Below are positions 62,350-64,000 of a stretch of DNA of 64,000 bases, in pieces. The notes beneath the pieces were generated by a model, which did not search any database, had not been told where the DNA came from, and worked only from the letters and a program-made list of their open reading frames with translations. The position numbers were made by a program, and so were the translations under genes. The stretch is from Polyangiaceae bacterium (GTDB lineage Bacteria; Myxococcota_A; Polyangia; Polyangiales; Polyangiaceae), in contig CBDCTZ010000015.1 of assembly GCA_965222375.1 (NCBI GenBank), positions 1,472,001 through 1,536,000 of the forward strand, written 5' to 3'. Each line of letters opens with the position of its first letter. Positions within the stretch are counted from its first letter, which is position 1.

Positions 62350-62916
62350 ATGACCACGGCGCGGCGGTATAGGAATACGTACGCGGACTACCTCCGCCTG
62401 CAGTCCGAGTCGCCCCTGAAGCTCGAGTTTTCGGAAGGTGAAATCTTCGCCATGGCGGGAGGCACGCCAGAACATGGTGCGCTCGCGATGCAGTTTGTCC
62501 GCCTAATCTCTGGTTCGCTTCCCGAAGGATGTGTCGTGTACTCATCTGACGTCAAAGTTCGTGTTCTTGCTACCGACTTGGCCACATATCCAGACCTTTC
62601 CATCGTATGTGGTCGCGCTGAACCCGCACTCGACGACGCCAACGCAATCCTCAACCCGCGCTTTTTAGTCGAGGTCACCAGTGCTTCAACAGAGGAGTAC
62701 GACCGAGGCGACAAGCTCAGCCAGTACAAGCAACTGCCCTCGCTCCAAGCTGTTGCAATCGTTTCCCACCGTCGCCGACAAGTCACGGTGGTAACTCGAA
62801 CTGGTGCAAGCTGGTCCGAAAAAGAGGTACGTGCTGGCGAGCGGGTCTCGCTCGGCGACGGCATCTCTTTCGACGTCGCGGACCTCTACACGGTCGCTCA
62901 GTCGTTGCGCGGCTGA
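62350..62916 (+). CDS. Uma2 family endonuclease
   Basis: GEIFAMAGGT.EH, YPDLSIVCG, VEVTS.STE.YDRGDK...Y. Confidence 0.92.
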   Translation: MTTARRYRNTYADYLRLQSESPLKLEFSEGEIFAMAGGTPEHGALAMQFVRLISGSLPEGCVVYSSDVKVRVLATDLATYPDLSIVCGRAEPALDDANAILNPRFLVEVTSASTEEYDRGDKLSQYKQLPSLQAVAIVSHRRRQVTVVTRTGASWSEKEVRAGERVSLGDGISFDVADLYTVAQSLRG

Positions 62917-62972
62917 CGCTGCTCGCAAACGTACACGTGAGCTAGAATCGAGCGGTGCTGGTCACACTGGTC

Positions 62973-63037
62973 AATCCCACTGTGTTTGGTTGGTTGGGGG
63001 CTGCTCGAATTTGTGGCTCCCAACTACGGCGCGCTGA
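62973..63037. repeat. Dispersed repeat R2, copy 3
   Basis: ATTTGTGGCTCCCAACTACGGCGCGCTG is identical to copy 1. Confidence 0.85.
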
Positions 63038-63071
63038 CCTCGACCAATTGCGGGAGCGACGAGAGATAACA

Positions 63072-63110
63072 TTGACAGGACGCTCAGTTGCATGTACATG
63101 CATGTACATG
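63072..63110 (+). promoter_or_regulatory. vapBC promoter and operator
   Basis: TTGACA at 63072 followed by the perfect 20-bp palindrome CATGTACATGCATGTACATG, which ends in the ATG. Confidence 0.75.
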
Positions 63111-63350
63111 GCTACCAAGACCATCTCCATCGATTTGTCGGCGTATGAGCTGCTTCGGAAGGCTCGTCAGCGCCCGGATGAGTCTTTCTCACAGGTCATC
63201 AAGCGGGCCCGGTGGAACGAGTCTGGCGCCACCGGCGCCACGCTCCTGGAGGCGCTCCGGACCGCTCCGGTCCCCTCCAGCGCGATCCTGGAACGTCTCG
63301 AGCGGGCACAGCGGGAGGATGCCCCGCCGGACGAACCATGGACCGAGTAG
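63108..63350 (+). CDS. vapB: VapB-type antitoxin
   Basis: MATKTISID..AYE.L...ESFS.VIKR. Confidence 0.85.
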   Translation: MATKTISIDLSAYELLRKARQRPDESFSQVIKRARWNESGATGATLLEALRTAPVPSSAILERLERAQREDAPPDEPWTE

Positions 63351-63745
63351 CCCTCGACACGACGTTCCTCATCGACCTCCAGAACGAACGGCGCACGAGA
63401 GGCAAACGCCGCGGGGCGATCAAGTTCTTGGAGTCGAATCGTGACACGGAGCTAGTGCTGCCCTGCGTGGCCCTTGGTGAGTATCTCGAAGGTTTCGACG
63501 ATCCAGGATCCGATGACGCCAAGGCGCTGGTTTCGGGCATTCGCCTGCTCGACGTGACTCCAGAGGTTGCTCGCCAGTACGCCACGGCCGCTCGAACGCT
63601 GCGGAGCGGCGGCCAGCTCATCGGCAGCAACGACCTGTGGATCGGCTGTACGGCGCGAGCGTTCAACGTACCGATAGTCACGCGCAATGCCGAACACTTT
63701 CAGCGCATCCCAAAGCTCCAGGTCGTCACGTACTCAGCGGCTTGA
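63338..63745 (+). CDS. vapC: VapC PIN-domain toxin
   Basis: LDTTFLID, E, NDLWI..TA, VTRN..HF. Confidence 0.92.
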   Translation: MDRVALDTTFLIDLQNERRTRGKRRGAIKFLESNRDTELVLPCVALGEYLEGFDDPGSDDAKALVSGIRLLDVTPEVARQYATAARTLRSGGQLIGSNDLWIGCTARAFNVPIVTRNAEHFQRIPKLQVVTYSAA

Positions 63746-63872
63746 GGGCGGCAGAGGCACTCACAACGCCGCCTTCTGAGGGAATCGTCCAGCTTCATGG
63801 CAACGCCAGTTTGGCGAGGTCGACGACGCCTCGACCGCCACGTCCGCGTGCGAGGCGGTGCCCTCAACCCGT

Positions 63873-64000
63873 CGCCAGAAACGGCTCCCACTCGGAATAT
63901 GGCCGTTTCTGGGTCAGAAGTATCTGCGCTGTCGTGCTCCAGCGGGGCTTGCGCGGGCGCCGCAGCAGGCGCATGTCGGCCTCAGCAGGGGTCCGGCGAC
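63873..64000. repeat. Dispersed repeat R1, copy 2 (may continue beyond the window)
   Basis: Aligns with 26619-26745; stem CCAGAAACGGC/GCCGTTTCTGG. Confidence 0.8.

Noticed and set aside
26600..64000. Integron cassette array
   Set aside because: No integron integrase, mixed gene orientation, and the repeats lack consistent RYYYAAC/GTTRRRY boxes

Overview
GC-rich bacterial DNA, most likely Myxococcota (Polyangiaceae-like). The inference rests on the Gly-linker/Cys-rich lipoproteins, a vWA lipoprotein, an AgmX/PglI-like domain, a DUF222-type HNH protein and Uma2 nucleases. All protein assignments come from motif recognition by eye, not database searches. The window has three zones. (1) 1-14.8 kb: surface and lipoprotein genes plus a partly duplicated and decayed locus around a chorismate mutase, with two paralogous poly-His/zinc-ribbon membrane proteins and a repeat-containing HNH gene. 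(2) 14.9-26.6 kb: a compact, intact minus-strand core-like cluster (peptidase MA, SDR epimerase, HEAT protein, double GNAT, unknown helical protein, MMPL transporter, AgmX-like lipoprotein). (3) 26.6-64 kb: an accessory mosaic. It holds a complete IS21 with two accessory ORFs, a RAYT-type HUH transposase with inverted REP ends, a stuttered REP array and an adjacent 135-bp mini-element, an IS91 remnant, four toxin/TA modules (Fic, nucleotidyltransferase pair, AbiE, VapBC), Cys-rich lipoproteins, a Crp/cyclase/LuxR/ECF/kinase signalling block and many gene fragments. Three families of dispersed hairpin-forming repeats (R1-R3) and a 3x37-bp spacerless tandem punctuate zone 3. These, with the RAYT/REP locus, are the most interesting unexplained signals. 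No rRNA, tRNA or CRISPR array was recognised.
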